In this document: positions 48,859 to 59,325 of the stretch, one piece after another | Position numbering within the stretch: position 1 is the first letter of the stretch | Layout: each line of letters starts with the position of its first letter | NCBI GenBank assembly: GCA_963707025.1 | Contig: CAVPOM010000009.1 | Location: 128,001-192,000 of the forward strand | Source: an uncultured Verrucomicrobiae bacterium | GTDB lineage: Bacteria; Verrucomicrobiota; Verrucomicrobiia; Limisphaerales; Palsa-1400 | DNA length: 64,000 nucleotides | Direction: 5' to 3' | Position numbers and translations under genes: made by a program | Notes under the pieces: generated by a model | Told to the model about the DNA's origin: nothing | The model's input: only the letters and a program-made list of their open reading frames with translations | Database searches by the model: none

Positions 48859-50079
48859 CTACCTCCCCGCCAGCGCCTGTTCCTTCCCCGTCCCGCACTG
48901 CCGCCGCCAGTGTTCGGCGCGATGGGCCAGTCCCAACTCCGCCAAATAGCCTGCCTGGATGGACATGGGGACGAGCACCGCGCGGTCCGGGTTCATCTCG
49001 TGATCCAGGATGTTGGCGACATGCACCGCTGTCAGCGGGTGGAAACCCGACCCGGCCAGTTGCCTGGGGTAGTGATGCAAGGCCACCGCTTCCACGATGG
49101 GCCGGGGCAGTCCCCAGATGCCCAGCAGACATCCGCCCAATTCCGCGTGGCCGGCGTTGGGGAAGAGTTGCGTTTCCGCGTCCCAAAAGCTGCATTTTTC
49201 CTCGCGGGCCAGCACCAGGGTCTTGGCAAACAGTCCGGGCAGATTGGCGCAGAAAAGCAACTTGCCGATGTCATGCAGCAGACCGGCGGCAAAGGCCTGC
49301 TCGGCCACCTCCAGGCCGCCCTTTTCCATCAGGGCAATTTTCTGCGCCATCTGGCCCACGTTGACACTGTGGCGCCAGAGCGACTCGACGGAAAATCCGG
49401 GCAGTTTGATTTTATCGAAAGAAGAGACGGTGTGGGCGAGGAGGACCAGGGCTTTGGTGGTTTCCAGGCCGATGTAAGCGATGGCCTCCAGCGGCTGGTT
49501 GACCTGCAATTCCAGCCCGAAGACCGCCGAGTTGGCCAACTGCAACACCTTGGCGGTGATGGCCGGGTCCTCCGCGATCAGTTCGCCGATTCTTTCCAGC
49601 GAGGCGCGCGGGGAGCGGATTTCCTCGACCACCTTGAAATAGGTGGTGGGCGGGCTGGGCACCTGGCGCATTTGCGCGATCAGCCCATGCACCGCCTGGC
49701 TGGGCAGCCAGACCTCGTGGGCGAAGGCCTCCTCCAGCGCGTTCAAAAGGGTCTCCACTCCGAATGGTTTCAACAGGTGGTGGTGCGGCTTGCCCACGCA
49801 CTGCACCGTGTTGTCCGTGTCGGCAACGTCGGAGAGCACGAAGCGGTGGGCGGAGGGCTGGCGCTGCATGAACTGGTCCAGCAACTCAAGCCCGTTCATG
49901 TCTGCCAGCAGCACGTCGGCCACCACCACCGCGAAGTTGAATTGATGCGCCAGGGACAGCGCCTCCTGGCCGGTGCGGGCGCACTGGGCCAACCACTCCC
50001 CTTCCACGGTGGCGGTATGGGCCTGAAATTCGTTCCAAAGGGCCTGATCTTTGGCGACAAACAGAATGCGCTTCTTCAT
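48859..50079 (-). CDS. Receiver + HDOD domain signalling protein
   Basis: N-terminal REC-like domain, DPAITAKVLQLANS, LWRHS, GLLHDIGK. Confidence 0.88.
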   Translation of the reverse strand: MKKRILFVAKDQALWNEFQAHTATVEGEWLAQCARTGQEALSLAHQFNFAVVVADVLLADMNGLELLDQFMQRQPSAHRFVLSDVADTDNTVQCVGKPHHHLLKPFGVETLLNALEEAFAHEVWLPSQAVHGLIAQMRQVPSPPTTYFKVVEEIRSPRASLERIGELIAEDPAITAKVLQLANSAVFGLELQVNQPLEAIAYIGLETTKALVLLAHTVSSFDKIKLPGFSVESLWRHSVNVGQMAQKIALMEKGGLEVAEQAFAAGLLHDIGKLLFCANLPGLFAKTLVLAREEKCSFWDAETQLFPNAGHAELGGCLLGIWGLPRPIVEAVALHHYPRQLAGSGFHPLTAVHVANILDHEMNPDRAVLVPMSIQAGYLAELGLAHRAEHWRRQCGTGKEQALAGR

Positions 50080-50447
50080 TTTGGCTTATCAGAAGGCGAC
50101 GCCCCGCCGGCGCCCTCGGTCACAATCATTCGAGCTGCCTTTACCCAGGCATTATCGTCAGAACCACGCCAAAACTTGAGCCGGCCAAAAAGAACCAACC
50201 CAACGGCTGTTTCCTGCTTCCGGAGAGGGTGCGCTCCCAGGCGCGCCACGGGCCGCGCCTCGGGGCCCGCCTCACCGATCCTCCTCATTTTGGATGCGAC
50301 CGCATCCCGCCACTGCCACCATGCCGTTTGCCAGTTTCCCCGCCCCAAGAGGCGGCGGGAGCCTCAGCCGGCAGGGAGGGAGCCAGGTAATTGTCCATCA
50401 AACATGAAGCGACCCGCACTTTGCTGACTTGTAACGTCCCTCCCGGA

Positions 50448-51218
50448 TTAGGACGGGGTCAGGAGTGCGGCCACAATGCGGAAGCCGTACCAGACGCCAA
50501 AAGTGATCAACGCCGCGGTCCGATAGCGAAGGGACGCAACTTTGCTCACGCCGAGGCTCAAAACCCCCAGCCACCAAATATCGCCCGCGTCTATCATGGA
50601 CAAAAAGACATGCGCCTTGTTGGTCGCAGTGGGATTGGCCAGGAAGAGGGTCGGGCTGGCTGTGGCCAGCAGGTTATCCTTCCACAAGACCAGGAAGCTG
50701 CGGAGGATTTTTTGCGGGACGTCCAGCACCAGGGCCAGTCCGCAGATTTCGACCACTTTCATGTAAGCGAGCCTGGCCCCTGGGCAACATTTAAGCGCGA
50801 GCCACAGCGCCGCGCCCATCAGAAAAAGCCCGGCCACGGATGTCAGCATGGCCAAACCGCCCCCGACGATTCTCATGACCGCCGGTGTTATGTATTTCTC
50901 GGCCATGGCCGCGCCCTGGTCGGCTTGCGCCTGGGTGATTTTGCCCGCCGCAACTTGTTTTTGCATCCCCTTTTCCCGCTGCTCCTGCAGGCCGCGCAAA
51001 ATGGCCGGCTGCGAGAACGCTATGCTGGTGTAAACCACCGTGGCGAGGCAGGCCAGGATCAACGGCACCAGCCAGTTGGAGGCGCGCACGGGCGCCTGCT
51101 TGATTTCCGCAAAGACTTCGCCGGGCGCGGCGATGACGTTGGTAAGGCGGTCCGTGAGCGACGAAGGCCCGGGCGGAGCGCCCTCGGACGGGGCCGGAGC
51201 AATTGGTGCGGCATCCAT
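50448..51218 (-). CDS. Yip1 family membrane protein
   Basis: NVIAAPGEVF.EI start, five TM segments. Confidence 0.75.
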   Translation of the reverse strand: MDAAPIAPAPSEGAPPGPSSLTDRLTNVIAAPGEVFAEIKQAPVRASNWLVPLILACLATVVYTSIAFSQPAILRGLQEQREKGMQKQVAAGKITQAQADQGAAMAEKYITPAVMRIVGGGLAMLTSVAGLFLMGAALWLALKCCPGARLAYMKVVEICGLALVLDVPQKILRSFLVLWKDNLLATASPTLFLANPTATNKAHVFLSMIDAGDIWWLGVLSLGVSKVASLRYRTAALITFGVWYGFRIVAALLTPS

Positions 51219-51475
51219 AGAAATTCTGTTGATACGCTTTTACCACTTTGGCCTGCCAGCGCAACCTTTCTTACAAGAGGAACCCCGGATTTTTACCAGC
51301 CGGCAGGGACAAATGATGCTTCGCCTTTCCATCCCCAATCGCAATCCCCCATCCCCTATCCGCAGTTGAGGAATTGCCGGATGAGAACGCAGAGTTGGCA
51401 ATAGAAAAAAACCCTTCGGGTTCTTTGCGCTCTTTTGCGGCAAATCAAGTCCGCCATCCCCAATCCGCAATGGGA

Positions 51476-52159
51476 TTACTTCCCCAAGGCCGTCACCTGC
51501 AAATCCGCAAACCAAATCGGCGTCCCCGAATAGGGCGTTCCCCAAAGCGAGGCCTTGCCGTGGGACGGCGCGGTTTTTTCCTCCACCGCGACCATCCAAT
51601 CCTTCGGTTCCGGGGTCCCTTGCTCCCACGCTTTGCCTTCCACCATCCAGGATGGCCCGTCGGTGGCGCGCACTTGCAGCCGCAGCATCGTCCAGGCGCC
51701 CGACTTCCAAACCAGGGCGGTGTTGGTGCGCATTTCATCCCCCTGGTAAATCTCCAGCGCCCCTTTGCCCGGCGAAACTCTCAGGCAATAGCCGCTGGCG
51801 CCATTTAACCCCACCCCAAAAGACGGGTAGCGCCGTTTCGTGCCCGTGCCAAAAATCCGCGCGCTGACACACACGCCGGAATTGGTGGCCGGCCCGAACA
51901 GCGCGCCGTAGAAATTTTCCGCAGGGGCGCCCGGCAACTCCAGCACCTTGCGGCCTTCCGCCTCCTTGACCTTAAAGTCGCCGTCCATCACCTTAATGTC
52001 CTCCGGCAGCGCGTCCACCGCCGCCTTCTCAAAATTATTTTCGTAAAGCACCTGTCCATCCGTTCCCTGCGCCTGCGCCATCCCCGCCCAAAAGCCGCAG
52101 ACAACCACAACTGAAATCCGGCAAACTATTTTCGCAAAATTCATTCTCATCGAATTCAT
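51476..52159 (-). CDS. Secreted beta-sandwich hypothetical protein
   Basis: Signal peptide, LYENNFE, GKAW...PEP..W. Confidence 0.6.
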   Translation of the reverse strand: MNSMRMNFAKIVCRISVVVVCGFWAGMAQAQGTDGQVLYENNFEKAAVDALPEDIKVMDGDFKVKEAEGRKVLELPGAPAENFYGALFGPATNSGVCVSARIFGTGTKRRYPSFGVGLNGASGYCLRVSPGKGALEIYQGDEMRTNTALVWKSGAWTMLRLQVRATDGPSWMVEGKAWEQGTPEPKDWMVAVEEKTAPSHGKASLWGTPYSGTPIWFADLQVTALGK

Positions 52160-52254
52160 TTTAGTAGGGAGATAAAATACCTCAACCGGAAAATTATTCC
52201 CCGGAGAAGATTTCAGCAGTTGCCGAATTGTCCCGTTTCGGCGAGTATGTCCGC

Positions 52255-52566
52255 ATGAGTGTTGCCGAATTGCCCATTCAGATTGACCGCGAGCAAATTG
52301 CGCGTTTCTGCCGGGAACGCGGCATTCGCAAACTGAGCCTCTTCGGTTCGGTCTTGCACAAGAGTTTCGATCCGCAGCGCAGCGACGTGGACGTGCTGGC
52401 GGAATTTGAGCCGGGGGTGCTGAAAAGCGTCGGCTTCCAATACTTCGGTTATGGCGAGGAACTCGCGGCCATCCTCGGACGCAAGGTGGATTTTTGTTCG
52501 CGGTTGCACCCGCTGATTCTTGGCCGCGTCAAGGACGAGTTGTTTCCTGTGTATGAGCGCGCCTGA
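52255..52566 (+). CDS. Minimal nucleotidyltransferase (MNT) antitoxin
   Basis: LSLFGSV...SDVDVL, LGRKVD. Confidence 0.88.
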   Translation: MSVAELPIQIDREQIARFCRERGIRKLSLFGSVLHKSFDPQRSDVDVLAEFEPGVLKSVGFQYFGYGEELAAILGRKVDFCSRLHPLILGRVKDELFPVYERA

Positions 52567-52912
52567 CGCAGATTTGACGTTGCGGCAGATCGTCGAGATC
52601 TGCGACAAGGCCCGCGAGTTAAGGAACTCCCTGACGTGGGAGGAATTTCGCGGCGACTGGCGCCAGCAGATGTTGGGCGAGCGGTTGGTGGAGGTTTTAG
52701 GCGAGGCCGTCAAACGGCTGCCCGATGATTTGCGCAACCGGCATCCGCAACTGCCTTGGAAAAAGATTGCCGGCACGCGCGATTATATCGCCCACGGCTA
52801 CGACAGCGTGGATTATGACGTAATCCGGGGTGTGCTCGATGTTGAGGCGGGCAGGTTGAAAGAATCTGTGCAGGCCATTCTCGCCAAGGAATTTCCCGAA
52901 GCGCCCTCATAA
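52553..52912 (+). CDS. HepT/DUF86 HEPN ribonuclease toxin
   Basis: LGEAVKRL, PWKKIAGTRDYIAHGYD (RX4H). Overlaps the MNT gene. Confidence 0.88.
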   Translation: MSAPDADLTLRQIVEICDKARELRNSLTWEEFRGDWRQQMLGERLVEVLGEAVKRLPDDLRNRHPQLPWKKIAGTRDYIAHGYDSVDYDVIRGVLDVEAGRLKESVQAILAKEFPEAPS

Positions 52913-52930
52913 GAACCTCGTGCCACGAGC

Positions 52931-53527
52931 ATGAACAGCCTTGATTTAAGAAAGCGACTGCATCCCCTGTGGATTATCGCACTCTGTGGCGCGCTTCTAT
53001 TTGGAGCCGTAACTTCGTACCTGATGGAGTCCCCTTCGATAGACATTGACTTTGCGATAGCAGCACCGCACAGGCTGATTCTACGCCTTATAGGTTAGCA
53101 CACAGGTTTTTTCAATGGTGATAACGTTCTTTTCAGCGGTTTTTACAATCTTGTCGCTACTGAAACATTTGAAGTAATGGTAAACGCGGTTCTTGGCGCG
53201 GTTCTTTTTGTTTTCGCACCGGCCTTCTGGCGAGGTTGGCACAACAAATGGGCGGGCATCATTACTTTCTGTGTTGCATTTTTTGGTTCTCCGGTTCTGG
53301 CATGGCGTTGGGAGGCCAATGCGATCGCTGGTGGGCAACCGTCGTTGCCGCTGTTGCCCTTAGTAGTTGGCGCGGCTATTTCTGGCTTTGCATTAGGCTG
53401 TGTGGTCGCCAAAACGACGCGCCGACAGTTGGGTGTTGGGATTCTTGCTACACTCGGTGTGCTGGGGGTGTATGCGGGCCTATTTTTTTTGCTTATTGGC
53501 GAAGCGATCCGGCATGGCCACATGTAA
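52931..53527 (+). pseudogene. Low-GC membrane protein ORF interrupted by an in-frame TAG at 53096
   Basis: ATG 52931 and ORF 53177-53527 share a frame with one stop between them; hydrophobic on both sides. Confidence 0.5.
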
Positions 53528-53600
53528 AGTAATAGAAGAGGCATAAGGTGGTCATCCATTAGTTCGGTTTGTCATATTTTATGACCTTCCACCCAGAACC

Positions 53601-53711
53601 CGACGCTGCAAAACAGCTTGGCCTTAAAATCTCGCGACGACAGTGGGCTGCTTGCTCATAGATCTCCGCTTCTCCGGGGGCGTGTTCGTCCAAAGGCAAC
53701 GCCGCATGAAA
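53601..53711 (+). repeat. 111-bp direct repeat, copy A
   Basis: 96/111 identical to 54631-54741 by hand count, no indels. Confidence 0.9.
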
Positions 53712-53803
53712 GGCCGGCTTGTCTCCCCATAGTCCCACCACCGGTGGGACGACGGCGGAAGTTTCACCGCCTCTCTTGCGCTCAACGAGCCTGCGCTGCC
53801 AGA

Positions 53804-54214
53804 TCAGGAGCCTGGGTTGGGGTCCCAGAGCTGGAGTTGCTTGAAGTAATCCCGGTAATAGCCGCGGTCACGAGCGAGCAGGCGTTGGGCATGAGTTTGG
53901 GCGTGTGCGCCCACAAGAAAGTCGGGCACAACCCGGCTCCGTTGGCCCCCGCGCTGCAAATAGGTCCGAAACATCTCACCGGCAAGAATGGCGCTCGCTT
54001 GCGACGAAGGAACAAAAGTGAGATTCCAGTCGGAAAGAAATTGGGGCATTTCGGCGGACGCCAAAGTGGGCGCGAGTTCCGCAAGGACGATTTCGCAAAG
54101 AATGAGCGAACCTTCCACCGATCCCCGCCGCAGAGCGGCCATGGATGGGGGCGCGTGCTGAGGGTCGTTCAGCAAGACATCGAGCAGAACGGAGGTGTCA
54201 ACGGCGGTCACCAT
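53804..54214 (-). CDS. vapC: VapC PIN-domain toxin
   Basis: AVDTSVLL, VLAEL, PDFLVGAHA, LLARD..Y. Confidence 0.88.
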   Translation of the reverse strand: MVTAVDTSVLLDVLLNDPQHAPPSMAALRRGSVEGSLILCEIVLAELAPTLASAEMPQFLSDWNLTFVPSSQASAILAGEMFRTYLQRGGQRSRVVPDFLVGAHAQTHAQRLLARDRGYYRDYFKQLQLWDPNPGS

Positions 54215-54431
54215 CGCGAATCAGCCGTAAATAATCATCGGCGCCGGTTCCGGCAGGCAGTTGGCCGCGACCGCGCCATTTCTCAAACACATCCGGCTCG
54301 ACTTTCTTCCACGCGACCAGTGTGCCCGCCCGGCTTTGCACTTCGAGCACGGTTCCCGGACCGAGTCCGAGGGCCTCGCGCACTTCCTGCGGGATGCTGA
54401 TTTTGCCGTCGTCCGTAACAACAGTGCTCAT
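54198..54431 (-). CDS. AbrB/MazE-type antitoxin
   Basis: VTDDGKISIPQEVREALGL.PG..L; overlaps vapC. Confidence 0.85.
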   Translation of the reverse strand: MSTVVTDDGKISIPQEVREALGLGPGTVLEVQSRAGTLVAWKKVEPDVFEKWRGRGQLPAGTGADDYLRLIRDGDRR

Positions 54432-54630
54432 GGAGCCAAGGTAAGGAACCACGCCCGAAAGTCAACCGCAAATTCCGGCTGAGGCCTGGTCAGATTCGGC
54501 AGGCGTTCCCTCCTTCGCTCTGCGAGCTTCCCCATTCGTATGGCCTTCCACCTTCGCATGGTCTTCCACCTTCGCCGGGCCTACGGAGGACAGGACGGCG
54601 GACAGGACGGCGGGCAGGCAAGCCGGAATT

Positions 54631-54741
54631 CGACGCTGCAAAACACCCTGGCCGTGAAATCTTGCGACCCCAGTGGGCTGCTTGCGCAGAGATTTCCGCT
54701 TCTCAGGGGGCGTGCTCGCCCAACGGTAACGCCGCATGAAA
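54631..54741 (+). repeat. 111-bp direct repeat, copy B
   Basis: See copy A. Confidence 0.9.
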
Positions 54742-54784
54742 CGCTCCTTTTTCACCGCGGCAAATCCAGGAAGGAAAAGACTTT

Positions 54785-54865
54785 GCCCGCAGATGGACGC
54801 AGATGGACGCAGATGAAGAATTCTTGTTTCCCTATCTGCGTCAATCTGCGTCCATCTGCGGGCAA
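54785..54865. repeat. Palindromic element of tandem CGCAGAT units
   Basis: GCCCGCAGATGGACGCAGATGGACGCAGAT ... ATCTGCGTCAATCTGCGTCCATCTGCGGGC. Confidence 0.75.
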
Positions 54866-54894
54866 TTCTGGTCCCGTTCTTCATTTTGCATTTC

Positions 54895-57800
54895 TCATTC
54901 CTCCCGGAGCGCCTCGATCAAGTCTCCCCGCAACGCCAGCCGCGCCGCCGCCCAGGTCCACAAAAACCCGCTGCCCAGCACCAGCCCCATCGCCGCCAGC
55001 AGCGGGCCGAATGATATGGGCGCGCCCGGCGAAAGCAAGACGGGCAGCACCGCCAGGAGGGCCGCCACCATGCCCAGCAACAAACCCAGGCACTGCAGCG
55101 CCCCGTGTTCCCAGAGCACCAGCCGGCGCAGCGCGCGCGGGCGGAATCCCACCGCCAGCAGCACCGCCAGCTCCCCGCGCCTTTCCAGCACATTGCGCAG
55201 CACCACCACCCCCAGCCCCGCGCTGCCCAGCAGCAAACCGAGCGCGCCCAGCATCTGGAAGGTGTTCAAGTAGGTGTTTTGCACGGCGTTAAAGGCGTTG
55301 AGCCGTTCCGCCGCCGGTGTCAATTCCAGCCCCCGGTCCTGCAACGCCTTCGCCAGGGTCCGCGCCACCTCGGCCGCCGCTTTGGGCGGCGCATCCACCA
55401 GAAACATGCGATAACCGCTTTCCCCGGGAAACCGTTGCACGAACTCCGCCTCGTCCACCAGCAGGCTTCCCTGCAAAATCGAATTGGCCACCGCGCCCGC
55501 GATCCGCACCTTGAACCGATGGCCGTGCTCGTCGGTATAATCCAGCGTGTCCCCGATTTTTTTGCCCAGCGCCCATTGGATGGAGGCTTCATCCCCGATC
55601 GCCGGCACTTCCTGGCCGTGGGATGGGCCGCGGCGTTGCAGCGCCGTCCAGGGCCGTTGTGCCAGAGTTTTGTCCGCCAGCCCGGTGAAGGTGAAGGCGC
55701 GCCGCGCCTCCAGCAACTCCGGTTTGACCCCCAGCAGCCGCGGGGTGATGGCGCGATTCAAATTCAGGCAACTCGCCTCGTCCCCGTCCCGCACCCGCAT
55801 CTGCACAAACTCCACCTGATCCAGTTCGGGCTGATGCAGCCCAAAAAAATCCCGGCCCGCTTTCGTGTTCAAGTCTTGCATCACCGGAAACGCCGATTCC
55901 CCGATCAACGCAAAACCGCCCGTCCCCGAAGACCGGGCGGCGGCTTCCGGCCGGGCCTCCAGCTTGTTGGCTTCCACGGCGATGATCAAAAAACTTCCGC
56001 TCGCCAGCAACGCCACCGTCGCCAGGCTGCGCTTGCGTTGGCGCGCGCAGCCGCGCACCCCCAGTCCGGCCAGCGAGAGCGGTTTGGAAATCCGCGCCTC
56101 CGCCAGCGACCGAAACCACACCGCCGCTCCCGCAATCCCCGCCACCAGCAGCAACGCGCCTCCCCCAAAAAACGCTTCCACCGCCGAGCTGTCCCGTTTG
56201 CCCAGCGCGCTCGCCGCCAGCGCCAGCGCGCCGAAAAAGCCCGCCGCCGCCACCCAACCGGCCCAGCGCCGCCCGCTTTTTGCCGGCGCGGCTTGCGCCT
56301 CCAACTCATTGCCCTGTTCCAACAACTCGCGGGCCGGGCGCTTGGTTTGCGCCCGCAGCGCCAGCCACATCACCGCCGCGCCGATGACGATGCCCGCCGC
56401 GCCGCCTCCGGCCAGCGTGGCCGCTGTCACATGAAAGCGCAGGGTGGAATTGGCCACCGCCGCGCTCCACAAGGTCGTCAGCCCCCACAGAATGGCACGC
56501 GCATACAACACGCCGCCGGCCACGCCGAGCAATCCGCCCAGCGCCGCCACCACCAGGCCTTCGCCCAGCAGCAAGCGCCGCACCTGCCCCGGGCGCCATC
56601 CCAGCGCCAGCAGAATCCCGATCTCCTTCGCCCGCTTTTCCATTCCCAATTGAAAGAGCAACCCCAGCAACAGCAGCGCCGCCGCGATGAGAAAAAAGCT
56701 GAACGACAAAAACAGCCCGCCAAATTCCTCCGCCTGTCCGGTCGCCGCCGCCGCCAGCGCCTGCTCCCGCACCGGCAAAAAGGACAGTCCCACCGACGCG
56801 GGATTTAGATTTTTCAAAATTTGATGTTCCGCCGCCGCCATGCTGGCGGCTCCGCTTTCGCCCGGCCACCGCACGGCCGTCAACTCCCCGAGGCGGTTCC
56901 CCCACATCCGCTGCCCCGCCTGGAGGGTGACGAACGCCTTGGGCGTCCCGCGGTAATCCTTCCAATACTGCTCGTCCTTGGGCCGGATTTTCCCCAGGTC
57001 AATGGGAAATCCCGCGTCCCAGTTCGCCGTGGACTCCGCTTTGGCGATCCCTGGAAAGTCCGGCAACAACGACCGGTCGGCCGTCAGCCCCTCCATCGGC
57101 GCCACCGCGTAAACGTGGAAAAGGTCCCGTTTCTCCTCCATCCTCTTGGTCGTGCCCGGAATGAAATAGGTCAACGCCAGTTCGTCTCCGGGCTTGGCCT
57201 GCAAATCATCCGCCAGCCATTGGTTGATCACGATTTGGTCGTCACCCATGTGCGCTGGCAGCAGCGGCGCGGTCGCCGCCGTCACCATCGAATACGGGGT
57301 CGTGTTCGTGCCGGCGCGCATTTCATTGACAAAATACGTTAAGATCAATTCCGGTCCGGCCGCGCGCGCCAGCGCCTCCCGCGCGATGGGGGGATCAATA
57401 AACACCCGTTCGCTGCGCAGCTCCAATCCTCCCGGCGACGGGCGCAATTCACATTGGACATCGGCCAGTGTCCAATGCTCGCGCAACAATGCCGGCAGGT
57501 TCGTCGCATTCGTCGCGCCATTGACCAGCAGCAAATTCGCCTTGCCCGTCAGGCCGACCTTGTCCTGCAAAAAAGGCAGAGGCACAAACGCGTTCAAGGG
57601 CGGCATTTGGTTGGCCTGCAAACCAAAGCGCCCCAATGCCGCGTCCGAGACAATCCCCTTCACGGGCAGACGAAATCCCGAAGCCAGATCCTCCTGCGGG
57701 GAAATCGGCGCTTCGAGCGAAAGCAGCGACGGCTTTTGCACGCGCAGCAAAATGGTGTCGCCCGTCTTCACTCCCAACTGCCGCGCGAGCGGCTCATTCA

Positions 57801-58203
57801 GAACGGCGCCGCTGGTCCAATCATCCGCCAGCTTCGGAGGCGATTGCGCCAGCGCCCAAAAGCGTTGATCCACGCCCAGAACCTGCGCGTGATTGGCCCG
57901 TTGCGAGCCGTCGCTGTTGGCGGCCGTGCCGGGCAACAGCAGCACCGCGGCGGCCAGCCCGTTGGAAAGGCCCGGCTGCAAATCATCCGCCAGCGCCGCG
58001 CGAAAAAGCCGGTCCTTCCCTGGCAGGGCAAAATCAATTTTCCCCAATCGCGCCAGTCCCATTTCGCGCAAACTTTCCCGCACGCAATCCCCCACCGCCA
58101 GCGCGCCCACCAGCACCGTTGCCGCAACCGCCGCCCCCAGCAGCGAGCCGAGATGGCTGCGCGCGTAAAAACGCAGACTGCGAAGAATGAGCTGGCGCAT
58201 CAT
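54895..58203 (-). CDS. Large FtsX/MacB-like ABC transporter permease
   Basis: Two FtsX-type motifs (KRAKEIGILLALGW, ERRGELAVLLAVGF) and large periplasmic loops. Confidence 0.88.
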   Translation of the reverse strand: MMRQLILRSLRFYARSHLGSLLGAAVAATVLVGALAVGDCVRESLREMGLARLGKIDFALPGKDRLFRAALADDLQPGLSNGLAAAVLLLPGTAANSDGSQRANHAQVLGVDQRFWALAQSPPKLADDWTSGAVLNEPLARQLGVKTGDTILLRVQKPSLLSLEAPISPQEDLASGFRLPVKGIVSDAALGRFGLQANQMPPLNAFVPLPFLQDKVGLTGKANLLLVNGATNATNLPALLREHWTLADVQCELRPSPGGLELRSERVFIDPPIAREALARAAGPELILTYFVNEMRAGTNTTPYSMVTAATAPLLPAHMGDDQIVINQWLADDLQAKPGDELALTYFIPGTTKRMEEKRDLFHVYAVAPMEGLTADRSLLPDFPGIAKAESTANWDAGFPIDLGKIRPKDEQYWKDYRGTPKAFVTLQAGQRMWGNRLGELTAVRWPGESGAASMAAAEHQILKNLNPASVGLSFLPVREQALAAAATGQAEEFGGLFLSFSFFLIAAALLLLGLLFQLGMEKRAKEIGILLALGWRPGQVRRLLLGEGLVVAALGGLLGVAGGVLYARAILWGLTTLWSAAVANSTLRFHVTAATLAGGGAAGIVIGAAVMWLALRAQTKRPARELLEQGNELEAQAAPAKSGRRWAGWVAAAGFFGALALAASALGKRDSSAVEAFFGGGALLLVAGIAGAAVWFRSLAEARISKPLSLAGLGVRGCARQRKRSLATVALLASGSFLIIAVEANKLEARPEAAARSSGTGGFALIGESAFPVMQDLNTKAGRDFFGLHQPELDQVEFVQMRVRDGDEASCLNLNRAITPRLLGVKPELLEARRAFTFTGLADKTLAQRPWTALQRRGPSHGQEVPAIGDEASIQWALGKKIGDTLDYTDEHGHRFKVRIAGAVANSILQGSLLVDEAEFVQRFPGESGYRMFLVDAPPKAAAEVARTLAKALQDRGLELTPAAERLNAFNAVQNTYLNTFQMLGALGLLLGSAGLGVVVLRNVLERRGELAVLLAVGFRPRALRRLVLWEHGALQCLGLLLGMVAALLAVLPVLLSPGAPISFGPLLAAMGLVLGSGFLWTWAAARLALRGDLIEALREE

Positions 58204-58368
58204 GCTTTTGGCGGCGGGGCATTTTGAATTCGCACACCCGGATTTTAATGGATTGAAGCATTTGGTTCAACCCTGAACAAGCAACTGGCCATCCGCACGA
58301 TTGAACTGGCGCATGGCGCGGGAATATTTTGACTTTCAGACCCAAGAGACGCATAATCAATTGCAATC

Positions 58369-58651
58369 GTGAGCACCTGAGACAGACATTTTAATAAAGC
58401 GCGCCGCGGACGAACTCAAGTCTGCCGGCGCACGGGAAATCTACGTTTTCGGCTCCGCTGCCAAAGGGACGGTTGGTGCCGCTTCCGATCTCGACCTGGC
58501 GGTTTCCGGCCTGCCCCCGTCGGTTTTCTATCGCATGGGCGCGCGCGTCAGTGATTTGATCGGTCGTTCGGTGGATTTGATTGATCTGGACGTCAACACG
58601 CCGTTCACCCGCCACCTCCGCACGGAGAATGAACTCGTCCGCGTGGGATAA
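58369..58651 (+). pseudogene. MNT antitoxin with a +1 insertion just after the GTG start (absent from the ORF track)
   Basis: The frame from 58379 reads ETDILIKRAADELKSAGAREIYVFGSAA...SDLDLAV...RSVDLIDLD...VG*; GTG AGC ACC T GAG has one extra base. Confidence 0.75.
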
Positions 58652-59087
58652 ATTTCGCAAACAACAGGCGTCGGAACGCGAACAATTGCGGCGTCTGTTG
58701 TCCGGAATCCGCACGCTCCTCACCAAATGCCGTGACACGGCTCCGACTGAAATCGAACTGAGCGCGCTGGCGGCTACACTCCATTCCTTCTATACGGGCG
58801 TGGAAAACATATTCAAGCGCGTGGCGCTGGAGTTGGATGCCGAGCCGGTGCGCGGCGATGCCTGGCATCGGGACCTTTTAAAGCGCATGAAAATGCCGGC
58901 CACGCACCGACCGACGTTGCTGCCGGAAGAACTGCATGACACGTTGAATGAATACCTGCGTTTCCGCCATGTATTCCGCAACGCTTATTCCTTTGACCTG
59001 GATTGGCAGAAAATGTCCCCGCTGGTGCTGCGCTTGGAAGAAACATTTCAAGAGCTGGAAACTGCGTTGGATGATTTTGTGAAATGA
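58629..59087 (+). CDS. HepT-like HEPN ribonuclease toxin
   Basis: LHSFYTGVENIF, WHRDLL..M, LRFRHVFRNAY. Confidence 0.82.
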   Translation: MNSSAWDKFRKQQASEREQLRRLLSGIRTLLTKCRDTAPTEIELSALAATLHSFYTGVENIFKRVALELDAEPVRGDAWHRDLLKRMKMPATHRPTLLPEELHDTLNEYLRFRHVFRNAYSFDLDWQKMSPLVLRLEETFQELETALDDFVK

Positions 59088-59325
59088 TCCTCCCCCCAAG
59101 GCTCAATTCATTTTGACGTAAATCTCATGGATTTTTGATGCAAATTCAAAAACCGCGCGTATCACCGAGGCAACAAAACTGTGCCAATATGATTCGTAAT
59201 CAGCCTAAATTCAAGGCAAAAGAGCCACAGTTTCCGCCCGCCCACGGGCAGTCCCTTAATTTGGTGTCGAGCCTGTGGCTCGACTTCGGCACACAGCGCC
59301 GACCCTGCACAATGAAATTAAGGCA

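Noticed and set aside
52200..54750. Integron cassette array
   Set aside because: No intI, genes lie in both orientations, and the 111-bp repeats lack RYYYAAC...GTTRRRY attC ends.
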